A stretch of DNA of 64,000 bases from Alphaproteobacteria bacterium (GTDB taxonomy: Bacteria; Pseudomonadota; Alphaproteobacteria; Rickettsiales; UBA8987), in NCBI GenBank assembly GCA_031426355.1, contig JANPLD010000068.1:71477-135476 (forward strand). Direction: 5' to 3'. Shown piece by piece: positions 46,622 through 56,407 of this stretch; within the stretch, counting starts at the first letter, position 1, and each line of letters opens with the position of its first letter. The translations under genes were made by a program, and so were the position numbers. Below the pieces are notes generated by a model, which did no database searches, was not told the origin of the DNA, and saw only the letters and a list, made by a program, of their open reading frames with translations.

Positions 46622-47641
46622 ATGGATAAAAAGAAAGCATTAGAAACAGCACTTAGCCAGATCGAAAAAGCATATGGCAAAGGCTCGATAATGAAGCTTG
46701 GTGACAAGGAACATGTAAGTGTTGAAGCTATTTCAACAGGTTCTCTTGGTTTAGATATGGCTTTAGGAATTGGCGGAATACCGCGTGGTAGGGTAATCGA
46801 GATATTTGGCCCGGAAAGTTCTGGTAAAACTACGCTTACACTTCACATTATTGCAGAAGCGCAGAAAAAAGGCGGAGCTTGTGCATTTATAGATGCTGAG
46901 CATGCACTTGATCCTGTTTATGCAGAAAAACTTGGTATTAAAATTGATGATCTTATTATTTCCCAACCGGATACTGGTGAACAAGCATTAGAGATAGTAG
47001 ATACTTTAGTTCGCTCAGGTGCAGTTGATGTTGTAGTAATCGATTCCGTTGCGGCACTTGTACCAAAAGCTGAGATCGAAGGTGAAATGGGTGATGCACA
47101 AATGGGTGCTCAAGCAAGGCTAATGAGTCAAGCGCTTCGTAAACTTACAGGCTCAATATCAAAAACAAACTGTACGGTTATTTTCATTAACCAAATCCGT
47201 CAGAAAATTGGCGTTATGTTTGGTAACCCTGAAACTACCACAGGTGGTAATGCCCTTAAATTCTATGCTTCTGTGCGTTTGGATATACGTAGGACTGGTG
47301 CTATCAAAGATAAAGACGTAAATATCGGGAACTTGACAAGAGCAAAGGTTGTTAAGAACAAAGTTTCCCCTCCTTTCAAACAGGCTGATTTTGAAATAAT
47401 CTACGGCGAAGGTATTTCCCGTATCGGTGAGATAATTGATATGGGCGCAAATGCCAATATCATTGAAAAAGCTGGTTCATGGTTTGCTTATAATGGCACA
47501 AGGATAGGCCAAGGTAAGGAAAATGCTAAGCAATATCTCAAAGATAATCCGAAAATAGCTAAGGAAATTGAAGAGAAGATAAGGGCGCAAGCTGCTTCAC
47601 TTACCACTACCATAGCAAATTCGGAAGAGGATGCAGCTTAG
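46622..47641 (+). CDS. recA: Recombinase RecA
   Basis: [35 protein letters not shown] (Walker A), [22 protein letters not shown] and [37 protein letters not shown]. Confidence 0.98.
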   Translation: MDKKKALETALSQIEKAYGKGSIMKLGDKEHVSVEAISTGSLGLDMALGIGGIPRGRVIEIFGPESSGKTTLTLHIIAEAQKKGGACAFIDAEHALDPVYAEKLGIKIDDLIISQPDTGEQALEIVDTLVRSGAVDVVVIDSVAALVPKAEIEGEMGDAQMGAQARLMSQALRKLTGSISKTNCTVIFINQIRQKIGVMFGNPETTTGGNALKFYASVRLDIRRTGAIKDKDVNIGNLTRAKVVKNKVSPPFKQADFEIIYGEGISRIGEIIDMGANANIIEKAGSWFAYNGTRIGQGKENAKQYLKDNPKIAKEIEEKIRAQAASLTTTIANSEEDAA

Positions 47642-47710
47642 TTTGATTATTTGCCAACTATTTCTTTTTGTGTATAAAACATCTTACAAACTGAATGTTA
47701 GCAAGCAATA

Positions 47711-50359
47711 ATGCCGCCAAAAACACTTTCATCAATCCGCACTGCATTTCTGGATTTTTTCAAATCCAAGGGGCATTTTATTGCGCCTTCATCGCCGCTT
47801 ATCCCGCATAGTGACCCGACTTTGATGTTCACTAATGCAGGTATGGTGCAGTTTAAGAATGTATTTGCCGGGCGTGAGGAAATTAAAGATAAGCAAGGCA
47901 AAGTTACACATAGAGTTGCAACATCACAAAAATGTGTTCGTGCCGGTGGAAAACATAATGACCTTGAGAATGTAGGTTATACTACGCGTCACCATACATT
48001 TTTTGAAATGCTAGGTAATTTTAGTTTTGGAGATTATTTTAAAGAAGATGCGATCTCTTATGCATGGGAATTCCTGACAAAAACATTGGCACTTCCTAAA
48101 GATAAATTATGTGTAACTGTTTATCATACGGATGATGAGGCTTTTAATCTTTGGAAGAAAATCGCTAACTTACCTGATGAAAAAATAATACGCATAGCTT
48201 CTGATGATAATTTCTGGGCAATGGCTGATACCGGTCCGTGCGGGCCGTGCAGTGAGATATTCTTTGATCACGGCCCACAAGTTGCAGGCGGCCCGCCAGG
48301 TTCACCTGAACAGGATGGTGACAGGTTCGTTGAGATATGGAACCTTGTATTTATGCAATACGAGAAGTTAGAGAACGGTGAGCGTACAAACCTCCCAAAA
48401 CCATGTATTGATACTGGTATGGGCTTGGAGAGATTGACTACGGTTCTGCAAGGTGTTCACGACAATTATCAAACGGATATTTTTGTAAGATTAATTGAAG
48501 CAAGTAAAAATATTTCAGGGCAGAATAAGCCTGAATTTGATAATTCCCACAGGATAATCTCTGACCATTTACGTTCCACATGCTTCCTGATCGCCGATGG
48601 AGTACTGCCTTCAAATGAAGGTCGAGGATATGTTCTCCGCCGTATAATGCGACGCGCCATGAGGCACTGCCATCGCTTAAGCCCTAATAAAATTATGATG
48701 CACCGTTTAGTTCCAGCATTACTTGCTGAAATGAGCGAAGCGTATCCTGAGCTTGAACGCGCAAGAGCCTTAATTATACAAACGATTGAAAATGAGGAAG
48801 AAAGATTCAGGGAAACTTTGGGCAATGGTTTAAAGGTCCTTGAAAATGAATCGAAGCATTTAAAGAATAAAACCCTTTCAGGCGAAATTGCTTTCAAACT
48901 TTATGATACTTATGGGTTTCCAATAGATCTTACGCAGGATATCCTCAAAGAAAGAGGGATAAAAGTTGATGAAGCTGGTTTTAACGCAGCATTAGGAAAA
49001 CAGAAAGAAAAAGCCCGGGCTAATTGGACAGGAAGTGGTGAAGCTGCGACTGAAACATTATGGCTAGAACTTGCAAAGGAACTGGAGGAAACAGAATTCT
49101 TAGGATATACTAATACAAACTCATCAGGTGATGTAATTGCCATTATTGCGAGTGGTGCAAAACAGAATAAATTATCAGAAGGTGAAGGCGCGATAATCAC
49201 CAACCAGACACCTTTCTATGCGGAATCTGGTGGTCAGGCTGGCGATAGGGGTTTCATCAAAAACGATAAAGGTGTTTTTGAAGTTCATGATACTAAAAAA
49301 TTCAGCGGTTCATTATTTGTACATTTCGGAAAAATGATTTCCGGTGAAATCAAAATGCATGACATTGCCAAACTTGAAGTTAATGAGAATCGCAGGGCAA
49401 GGGTACGCAAGAACCATTCTGCTACCCATATACTTCATGCGGTGTTGAGGAAAAACCTTGGCGACCATGTAACACAAAAAGGCTCACTGGTTGAGGAAGA
49501 TTATCTACGTTTTGATTTTTCAAACCCTAAAGCTGTTACTGATGAAGAGATCAGAAAGATAGAATTTGAAGTTAACAAAATAATTTCTCAAAATACTTTG
49601 GTGAATACCAAGATCATGAATATTGACCAGGCCTTAGAATCAGGAGCTATGGCATTATTCGGCGAGAAATATTCTGATGAGGTTCGCGTACTTTCTATGG
49701 GTGATAGTTACTCAGTAGAGCTTTGCGGCGGAATACATGTTGAACGCACCGGAGATATCGGAACCTTCCGTATCACTAAGGAGTCCGGCGTTGCATCAGG
49801 TGTCAGAAGGATAGAAGCTGTAACCGACCAGAAAGCATTGGAATTTGTTTTCAGCAAGGAAGATAAATTAAACAATATAATGGAGATAACCAAATCTTCA
49901 GAAAATGATGTTGTTGAGAAATTGGAAAAGCTTCTTCTTGAGAGAAAAGAGCTGGAAAAGCAGGTTTCTGAACTTAAGAAGAAAGCTGCTCTTGGCGGAA
50001 ATTCAGGCTCTAGTAATAATAATGAAGAAGTGGAAGTAATAAATGGAACGAAGTTCCTTGCTAAAAAACTTGATGGCGTTGATGCGAAAGACCTGCGCGG
50101 TATTGTTGACGAAATAAAAACCAAACACACTTCATGTGTAGTATTTTTGGTTGCGGAGAATAAAGGCAAGGTTTCAGTTCTGGCGGGTGTTACCAATGAC
50201 CTTACAAATAAAATATCTGCCGTTGATATAGTTAAGAAATCCGTTGAGATAATGGGCGGCAAAGGCGGTGGCGGGCGCCCGGATTTTGCCCAAGGCGGCG
50301 CTCCTGATAGCAATAATTACGAGAAAGCTATTGTAGAGATTAAAAAACTAATTATATAA
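47711..50359 (+). CDS. alaS: Alanine--tRNA ligase
   Basis: 882 aa. Contains FTNAGMVQFKNVF, RHHTFFEMLGNFSFGDYFK, the editing-domain HSATHILH, and CGGIHV. Confidence 0.97.
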   Translation: MPPKTLSSIRTAFLDFFKSKGHFIAPSSPLIPHSDPTLMFTNAGMVQFKNVFAGREEIKDKQGKVTHRVATSQKCVRAGGKHNDLENVGYTTRHHTFFEMLGNFSFGDYFKEDAISYAWEFLTKTLALPKDKLCVTVYHTDDEAFNLWKKIANLPDEKIIRIASDDNFWAMADTGPCGPCSEIFFDHGPQVAGGPPGSPEQDGDRFVEIWNLVFMQYEKLENGERTNLPKPCIDTGMGLERLTTVLQGVHDNYQTDIFVRLIEASKNISGQNKPEFDNSHRIISDHLRSTCFLIADGVLPSNEGRGYVLRRIMRRAMRHCHRLSPNKIMMHRLVPALLAEMSEAYPELERARALIIQTIENEEERFRETLGNGLKVLENESKHLKNKTLSGEIAFKLYDTYGFPIDLTQDILKERGIKVDEAGFNAALGKQKEKARANWTGSGEAATETLWLELAKELEETEFLGYTNTNSSGDVIAIIASGAKQNKLSEGEGAIITNQTPFYAESGGQAGDRGFIKNDKGVFEVHDTKKFSGSLFVHFGKMISGEIKMHDIAKLEVNENRRARVRKNHSATHILHAVLRKNLGDHVTQKGSLVEEDYLRFDFSNPKAVTDEEIRKIEFEVNKIISQNTLVNTKIMNIDQALESGAMALFGEKYSDEVRVLSMGDSYSVELCGGIHVERTGDIGTFRITKESGVASGVRRIEAVTDQKALEFVFSKEDKLNNIMEITKSSENDVVEKLEKLLLERKELEKQVSELKKKAALGGNSGSSNNNEEVEVINGTKFLAKKLDGVDAKDLRGIVDEIKTKHTSCVVFLVAENKGKVSVLAGVTNDLTNKISAVDIVKKSVEIMGGKGGGGRPDFAQGGAPDSNNYEKAIVEIKKLII

Positions 50360-50855
50360 GCCTACTTTTTTCAGGAGAATCTGTTTTTAATGGTAGATTC
50401 TTTTCCATATCAGGATTTAATATCTTTAATGCTAATGTTCTAGCTTCCTGATTTAATTCAATATCTGTGCTGTTATTTTGCCAAGGCATATCCGGATCAA
50501 AATTATTATTTTGTGATATATTCTGAATAAATTTCCTATAGTTTTTTGGAGCTAAAATTTTTCCTTCCGATTCTTTTTCATTTTTACATGTAACAACTAC
50601 ATTAGTTTGTTCTAAAAATTTATTTAACTCACGTATTGTATCTTCTTTAGTATGAAGCTTATTTTTAGAATCTAAATATTTTCCATTATTTGTTTTATTA
50701 TAAGATAATGAAATACCGTTCTCATTTGTAATAGTAAAACCGGTAAAATCTTTTCCTTCCTGATTTCTATCATTTTCATCAAATAAAACCGTTACTTTCG
50801 GTTTACCAGAATGTTGCTGCTGTTGCTGAATTCCTGTTTGAGCTAAAAATATCAT
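50352..50855 (-). CDS. Hypothetical protein (AT-rich orphan with N-terminal poly-Gln)
   Basis: 167-aa ORF (…GIQQQQQHSGKP…). No recognisable motif. It overlaps the alaS 3' end convergently by 8 nt. Confidence 0.4.
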   Translation of the reverse strand: MIFLAQTGIQQQQQHSGKPKVTVLFDENDRNQEGKDFTGFTITNENGISLSYNKTNNGKYLDSKNKLHTKEDTIRELNKFLEQTNVVVTCKNEKESEGKILAPKNYRKFIQNISQNNNFDPDMPWQNNSTDIELNQEARTLALKILNPDMEKNLPLKTDSPEKSRLI

Positions 50856-50897
50856 ATTTCCTCTATTAGATTACAAAGCTATAATAGCACTAAATTG

Positions 50898-50912
50898 TTA
50901 ATAAAACGTTAA
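50898..50912. promoter_or_regulatory. CtrA-box-like site TTAA-N7-TTAA upstream of the portal gene
   Basis: TTAATAAAACGTTAA lies 144 nt upstream of the portal ATG, in the divergent intergenic region. This is an AT-rich context, so a chance occurrence is plausible. Confidence 0.25.
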
Positions 50913-51055
50913 TTAGGGTATTATTTAACCATCTGAAAACAATAGCAATTTTTTATCACGTCATTACAGATTTGATTTTCTACCTCATAATCCCTTCCGG
51001 GCGTTATTTTTCATAAATATCTTGGTTAGTAGGTGATTCAACTAACAGGGCTAAT

Positions 51056-52258
51056 ATGAAAAAATCTAAACGATCTATCTTTTCTATATTCAAAAAATTT
51101 TCTCCTAAAAAAATAGAGAAAAAAAGTTTAAGTTCTGATCAGTATAAGACATATTTCTATGACTCGGCAAAACCTGTGTGGATGAGCCGTAATTACGGAA
51201 AATTCGCTGACGAAGGTTATATCAGGAATGTCATTGCGAATCGCTGCGCTTCAATGATAGCAAAAAATATTTCATCGATAAAAATAAAATTATTTGAGAA
51301 TAATTCCGAAAAGAAATTCGAGATAAAAAACCATCCGCTGCTTAATATTATCAGATTCCCTAACCCCGCAACTAATGGGAATCTATTCAGGGAAGCACTT
51401 TTCTCACACCGCCTTATAAGCGGCAATTCCTATATATTAGCGGTTAAGAATTCTGCCGGGATACCGCTTGAACTTTATACTCTACGTCCTGATAGAATAA
51501 GCATTACAACTGACAGATCAGGTTTTGTGACCTCATATATTTATAAAGGAACTGATAAGGAAATACGTTATTCAGTTGATAAACTGACTGGGCAATCTGA
51601 TGTTCTGCATCTTAAGAACTTCCACCCGCTTGATGATCATTTTGGACTCAGCCCTATAGAGCCTGCGGCATATTCAATTGACCAGCATAATCAGGCGGCC
51701 CAGTGGAACCAAAGTTTACTTCAGAATGGTGCGAAGCCAAGCGGCGCGCTCGTAATAAAACCGCAGAATGAAGGCGGGATGGGTAGCCTTACAGATGAGC
51801 AATACACAAGAATAAAAAGGCAGATGGAGGAGGAATTCAGCGGACATAATAATGCTGGGAAACCTATGCTGCTGGAAGGTGGCTTAGACTGGAAAGAGAT
51901 GAGCCTGTCGCCACGTGATATGGATTTTATCTCATCAAAACATAATTCTGCCCGTGAAATTGCGCTGGCATTTGGTGTGCCACCGCAACTACTCGGAATT
52001 CCAGGTGATAACACTTACAGTAATTTGATTGAGGCAAGACTTGAACTCTGGGAACAAACAATACTTCCGCTTGCAGAAGAATATATTTCCGCTCTTAACC
52101 ACTGGCTGACGCCAATGTTCAATAATGATGACCTTGAGCTTGATATAGAGAATATTCCGGCGCTTCTGCCGCGCAGGGAAAGCCTGTGGAAACGGGTAAA
52201 TGAAAGCAGTTTTATTTCAGAAGAGGAAAAAAGAAGACTGGTTGGAATGGGAGATTAG
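51056..52258 (+). CDS. HK97-family phage portal protein (RcGTA g3-like)
   Basis: 400 aa. …YIRNVIANRCASMIAKNISSIKIKLF…GNSYIL…LHLKNFHPLDDHFGLSPIEPAAYSIDQHN…NGAKPSGAL…PRDMDFI… matches the HK97-type portal pattern. Confidence 0.9.
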   Translation: MKKSKRSIFSIFKKFSPKKIEKKSLSSDQYKTYFYDSAKPVWMSRNYGKFADEGYIRNVIANRCASMIAKNISSIKIKLFENNSEKKFEIKNHPLLNIIRFPNPATNGNLFREALFSHRLISGNSYILAVKNSAGIPLELYTLRPDRISITTDRSGFVTSYIYKGTDKEIRYSVDKLTGQSDVLHLKNFHPLDDHFGLSPIEPAAYSIDQHNQAAQWNQSLLQNGAKPSGALVIKPQNEGGMGSLTDEQYTRIKRQMEEEFSGHNNAGKPMLLEGGLDWKEMSLSPRDMDFISSKHNSAREIALAFGVPPQLLGIPGDNTYSNLIEARLELWEQTILPLAEEYISALNHWLTPMFNNDDLELDIENIPALLPRRESLWKRVNESSFISEEEKRRLVGMGD

Positions 52259-52272
52259 GTTATATAGGATAC

Positions 52273-52515
52273 ATGAAAAGAATATCCATAAAAGTAACAC
52301 CTAAATCATCAAAAAACAAAGTTGTTCCTGATATAATGCCTGATGAAAAAGGTAACGAATTTTTTCGGGTCTTTATAACTTCAGTTCCTGAGAATAATAA
52401 GGCCAATAAAGCTGTGATAGAGCTACTGGCCGGATATTTTGACGTTGCAAAAAGTGATGTCAGGATAGTTTCAGGACTTACCTCAAAAAGCAAAATCATA
52501 GATATTAATTTATGA
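52273..52515 (+). CDS. DUF167 (YggU-like) protein
   Basis: 80 aa. ISIKVTPKSSKNKV…VFITSVPENNKANKAVIELLAGYFDVAKSDVRIVSGLTSKSKII is the YggU/DUF167 signature. Confidence 0.8.
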   Translation: MKRISIKVTPKSSKNKVVPDIMPDEKGNEFFRVFITSVPENNKANKAVIELLAGYFDVAKSDVRIVSGLTSKSKIIDINL

Positions 52516-52802
52516 TCTTTTCAGTAAGTGAGATCGTAATATATTTTATCTTAATAAATATAATTACATTTACACTTTTCAGGTTAGACAAGAAATCTGC
52601 AATAGACGGTACATGGAGAATAACTGAAAGAACTTTGATAATATTTTGCTTGCTTGGCGGAACACCTGCCGGGTTTTTTGCTGGCAAGATATACCGGCAT
52701 AAAACATCCGATCAATCATTCAAATCAAAATTTGTAATGGTGTATGTATTGCAGGGTTTTATGATCGCCTGCCTGATCATTAAAGGTTTAGGTTTGGTTT
52801 AA
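52512..52802 (+). CDS. DUF1294 membrane protein
   Basis: 96 aa. F.LDKKSAIDGTWRITERTLIIFCLLGGTPAGFFAGKIYRHKT matches DUF1294. ATGA overlap with the DUF167 gene. Confidence 0.75.
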   Translation: MIFSVSEIVIYFILINIITFTLFRLDKKSAIDGTWRITERTLIIFCLLGGTPAGFFAGKIYRHKTSDQSFKSKFVMVYVLQGFMIACLIIKGLGLV

Positions 52803-55363
52803 ACCGCAATGGCTTCTTCAATGAACTTCAATGAAACAGCAATTTCACTGCCGGAATTATTATAAATAATTTCAGTAGAGCTTGTTACATTTGCCAGATC
52901 TTTCTCAACCTGTTTCAGTTTTGAAATTATCTCAGCGTTGGCACTGATTGTTGTGATAGTTGGTTTTTTGATTGAAACATTGGCTTCGGCTTTGATCTTC
53001 CTGATCTGCTCAAGGATTTCAACGGCATATTTACCGACTTTTTCAGATTCCTCGTCTATTTTGAAATCACTGCCATCAGGCCAATTTCCTTGAGAGTGAA
53101 TTGAATTATTCTCATCAAAAATATGAGAGTATAATTCTTCAGTAATATGCGGAGTGAATGGTGCAAATAATTTTAGAATTGCATTTAAACAGAAGTAAAT
53201 TGTATAGATGGCGCTTAAGCGGGATTGCTGGTTTTGCGGTTCATCATTATAAGTACGGGCTTTTGCAATCTCTAAATAATTATCGCAGAAATCTTTCCAG
53301 AAGAATTCTTCTGTAGCCAAGCGAGCGAGGGAATATTCGTAAACATCAAGCTCCTCAGTTGCTTTTGCAATTGTACGCGTGAGGCTTGAGATAATCCATT
53401 TGTCTACAGGTTCGGTTATCAAACCTTTTTCGATATATTCTTTTGCGGTAGTTGGTTTTTCTTTAATTAAGTTAAAGTGAATTGATGCAAACTTGGTTGC
53501 GTTCCATAATTTATTCACAAGTTTTTTACCCACTTTCAGAACATCGCGTGAGAACGCGGTATCTGCACCAAGGCGGGAAGTTGAGGCCCAGTAACGAACT
53601 ACATCGGCAGAGTTTTCCTCAATGATAGCAAGTGGAGTTACTACATTACCTTTTGATTTACTCATCTTGGTTTTATCTTCTGCCAAGCACCAGCCGGATA
53701 TCATCAGGTTTTTCCACGGGATAGTATTCTCGTGAAGATGTGCTTTCACGATAGTATAAAACGCCCATGTCCTGATTATCTCGTGCGCCTGAGGGCGGAG
53801 ATCAGCAGGAAATAATTTTTGGTGACGGTCATAGTCAATCGCATATTCTTTTGTGATAGCTTTGCTGGAAATCTGCGGGCTTATTGATGATGTTGCCCAG
53901 GTATCCATTACGTCAAGATCAGGAGTAACTTCATCTTTAGAATAACCTTCCGGTAGATCTGTTATAGGATTTACAGGTAATTGACTAATTTTTGGAAGTA
54001 AAATTTTACCTTCCTCACCTGCCCTTTTTGAATACCATATAGGAAATGGAACGCCGAAATAACGCTGGCGGGAAATGCACCAATCCCATGAAAGGGAGTC
54101 TATCCACTGCTCAATTCTTTTCACCATGAATTCCGGTTTCCAGTTACATTCATTGGCTTTCTTTTTTAAAGCTTCCTTATGTTCCAGAACCCTTATGAAC
54201 CACTGGTCAGTCGGGATTATCTCAATTGCAGCGCCCGAACGTTCAGCGCATTTAACCATATGTTTGATAGGTTTTTTCTCTTTTGCTGTGAGATTATTTT
54301 CCTCTAATAATTTCGTTATCGTTTTCTTTGCGGAAAGATTTGCTTCTTGATGATCGGCTTTTTTGCCGTCAATTGCTGTATAAAATTCATGTGCATCAGT
54401 TTTTTCTATCTGACTGAAATCTAATTTTCCGAATTTATTTAAAACAATTTTCAAACCGAGTTTATGCTGCTTCCACCATCTAACGTCTTGCTCATCACCA
54501 AAAGTACAGCACATTACAACGCCGGTTCCTTTATCTTTCTGTACTGCTTCATCGGCAACAATTGGAACTATGGCTTGGAATAAAGGAGTAACGGCTTTTT
54601 TGCCTTTGTATTTTTCTACGTCATCAGGATGAACCATAAGTGCGACACAGGCAGGGAGTAATTCAGGGCGGGTTGTCATTATTTCAACCTTCTCAATATC
54701 ATCCCAGTTTATTTTTTTGCCTTGCTGATGCTGCTTTTCTTGTTCTTCGGTAATTAATCCAAAGAAAATATAATTCTCAAAACTGTCCAGTTCCTTTTCT
54801 TCAATTTCAGCCTGCGCGATAGCGGTCTGGTCAGCGGGGTCCCAGAACATAGGTTCGAGTGTGCGATATGCCTGTTTCTTGTTATAGAGGTCAAGGAATG
54901 ACATCTGTGAAATTTTGCGGACTTCGTCAGAGATAGTATGATATTCCTGATTCCAGTCTACGCTGAGTGCAATCGACCTGAAAAGATCACGGAATTCCAC
55001 GCGGTATTTCTCTACTGTTTCATTGCACATCTTTATGAAATCTTCGCGGGAATGGAGGTGTGCTTTGGTTTTCTTTTCCTTTTCAACTAAACGCTCGGTA
55101 GGTAAACCGTTATCATCAAAACCCATCGGGTAGAAAACATTAAGGCCGCGCATGCGTTTGTAACGCGCGATAAAATCCGTTTGCGTATAGCTGAAAATAT
55201 GGCCCATATGGAGGGAGCCGGAAATTGTTGGTGGCGGCGTATCAATTACATATGATTCTTTTTTGGAGTTGGAATCCCAGTTATAAACTCCGTTACTTAG
55301 CCAGATTTCCTGCCATTTCTTTTCGGTTGATTTATCATCAAATTTTTTGGGTAATTTCTTCAT
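52799..55363 (-). CDS. valS: Valine--tRNA ligase, archaeal-type
   Basis: 854 aa. Contains YVIDTPPPTISGSLHMGHIFSYTQTDFIARYKRMRGLNVFYPMGFDDNGLPTE (an archaeal-like HIGH region) and KMSKSKGN. It lacks the long bacterial C-terminal coiled coil. Confidence 0.95.
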   Translation of the reverse strand: MKKLPKKFDDKSTEKKWQEIWLSNGVYNWDSNSKKESYVIDTPPPTISGSLHMGHIFSYTQTDFIARYKRMRGLNVFYPMGFDDNGLPTERLVEKEKKTKAHLHSREDFIKMCNETVEKYRVEFRDLFRSIALSVDWNQEYHTISDEVRKISQMSFLDLYNKKQAYRTLEPMFWDPADQTAIAQAEIEEKELDSFENYIFFGLITEEQEKQHQQGKKINWDDIEKVEIMTTRPELLPACVALMVHPDDVEKYKGKKAVTPLFQAIVPIVADEAVQKDKGTGVVMCCTFGDEQDVRWWKQHKLGLKIVLNKFGKLDFSQIEKTDAHEFYTAIDGKKADHQEANLSAKKTITKLLEENNLTAKEKKPIKHMVKCAERSGAAIEIIPTDQWFIRVLEHKEALKKKANECNWKPEFMVKRIEQWIDSLSWDWCISRQRYFGVPFPIWYSKRAGEEGKILLPKISQLPVNPITDLPEGYSKDEVTPDLDVMDTWATSSISPQISSKAITKEYAIDYDRHQKLFPADLRPQAHEIIRTWAFYTIVKAHLHENTIPWKNLMISGWCLAEDKTKMSKSKGNVVTPLAIIEENSADVVRYWASTSRLGADTAFSRDVLKVGKKLVNKLWNATKFASIHFNLIKEKPTTAKEYIEKGLITEPVDKWIISSLTRTIAKATEELDVYEYSLARLATEEFFWKDFCDNYLEIAKARTYNDEPQNQQSRLSAIYTIYFCLNAILKLFAPFTPHITEELYSHIFDENNSIHSQGNWPDGSDFKIDEESEKVGKYAVEILEQIRKIKAEANVSIKKPTITTISANAEIISKLKQVEKDLANVTSSTEIIYNNSGSEIAVSLKFIEEAIAV

Positions 55364-55375
55364 ATGAATCGGATA

Positions 55376-56404
55376 TTATTTTCTAAAAACTTTATTTGGT
55401 GCGAGAGCGTCACGGGCAGCCTCACCTGTAAATACCAGCAGTGACAGCATTAAAGATACTATCACAAAACCAGTTATACCAAGCCATGGAGCCTGAAGAT
55501 TTTGTTTTGCCTGGGATAATATCTCACCAAGGGATGGGTATTGGGCTGGCAGTCCGAATCCTAAGAAATCAAGTGATGTAAGAGTTGTTATTGCGCCGCT
55601 GACAACAAAAGGCATTTTTGTAACTGTTGTTACAAGGGAGTTTGGCAGGATATGAGTGAATATTAATCTTGGAGTGGTTACACCAAGCGCCCTTGCGGCA
55701 GTTACATATTCATAATTCCTGACCTTTAGAACTTCTGCGCGAACTGCACCAACCATGTCCGTCCATTTGAAAAGTAAGATGATAAATATTAGTAGAAGGA
55801 AATTAAGCTCGAACATGCTGGCGATGATTATCAGAACGAAAAGATTCGGGATACTATCCCAGAGTTCGCGGAATCTTTCCATCAATAAGTCGAACCAGCC
55901 AGCGATATAACCCTGAAGAGCGCCAAGGAATATGCCGATGATAGAACTGAAAACTGTTAGGATAAGCCCGAACACTACTGATATCCTGAAGCCATAAATG
56001 GTCATCGCAAGAATATCACGGCCGCGGTCATCTGTGCCAAGCCAGTTATCTTTATTAGGCGGTGCGGGGTGAGTATCTTCACGGGAATAGTTTATTGTAT
56101 CATAGGAAAACCTTATCGGAGGCCATATCGTAAAACCGTTATTCTCAATTTCTTCCGACGTGTATTCGTCTTTGTAATCAGCTTCGGTTTCAAATATTCC
56201 GCCAAATATGGTTTCAGGATAATCCACCAGCACAGGGAAATAAAACTCGCCCTTATATTTGAGAAGAATAGGTTTGTCGTTTGCAATAAATTCAGCAAAG
56301 AATGTGAGAAATAAAAGAAATACGAAAAGTATCAGGGAATAGTATCCGCGTTTATTCTTTTTAAAATTCGCTAAGCGCTTTTTATTTATCTCAGATAAAG
56401 CCAT
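55376..56404 (-). CDS. yejE: ABC transporter permease, YejE-like (peptide/opine family)
   Basis: 342 aa. An N-terminal TM is followed by a long periplasmic loop with WLGTDDRGRDIL and the BPD-transporter EAA-like segment (YVTAARALGVTTPRLIFTHILPN). Confidence 0.8.
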   Translation of the reverse strand: MALSEINKKRLANFKKNKRGYYSLILFVFLLFLTFFAEFIANDKPILLKYKGEFYFPVLVDYPETIFGGIFETEADYKDEYTSEEIENNGFTIWPPIRFSYDTINYSREDTHPAPPNKDNWLGTDDRGRDILAMTIYGFRISVVFGLILTVFSSIIGIFLGALQGYIAGWFDLLMERFRELWDSIPNLFVLIIIASMFELNFLLLIFIILLFKWTDMVGAVRAEVLKVRNYEYVTAARALGVTTPRLIFTHILPNSLVTTVTKMPFVVSGAITTLTSLDFLGFGLPAQYPSLGEILSQAKQNLQAPWLGITGFVIVSLMLSLLVFTGEAARDALAPNKVFRK

Positions 56405-56407
56405 TTC

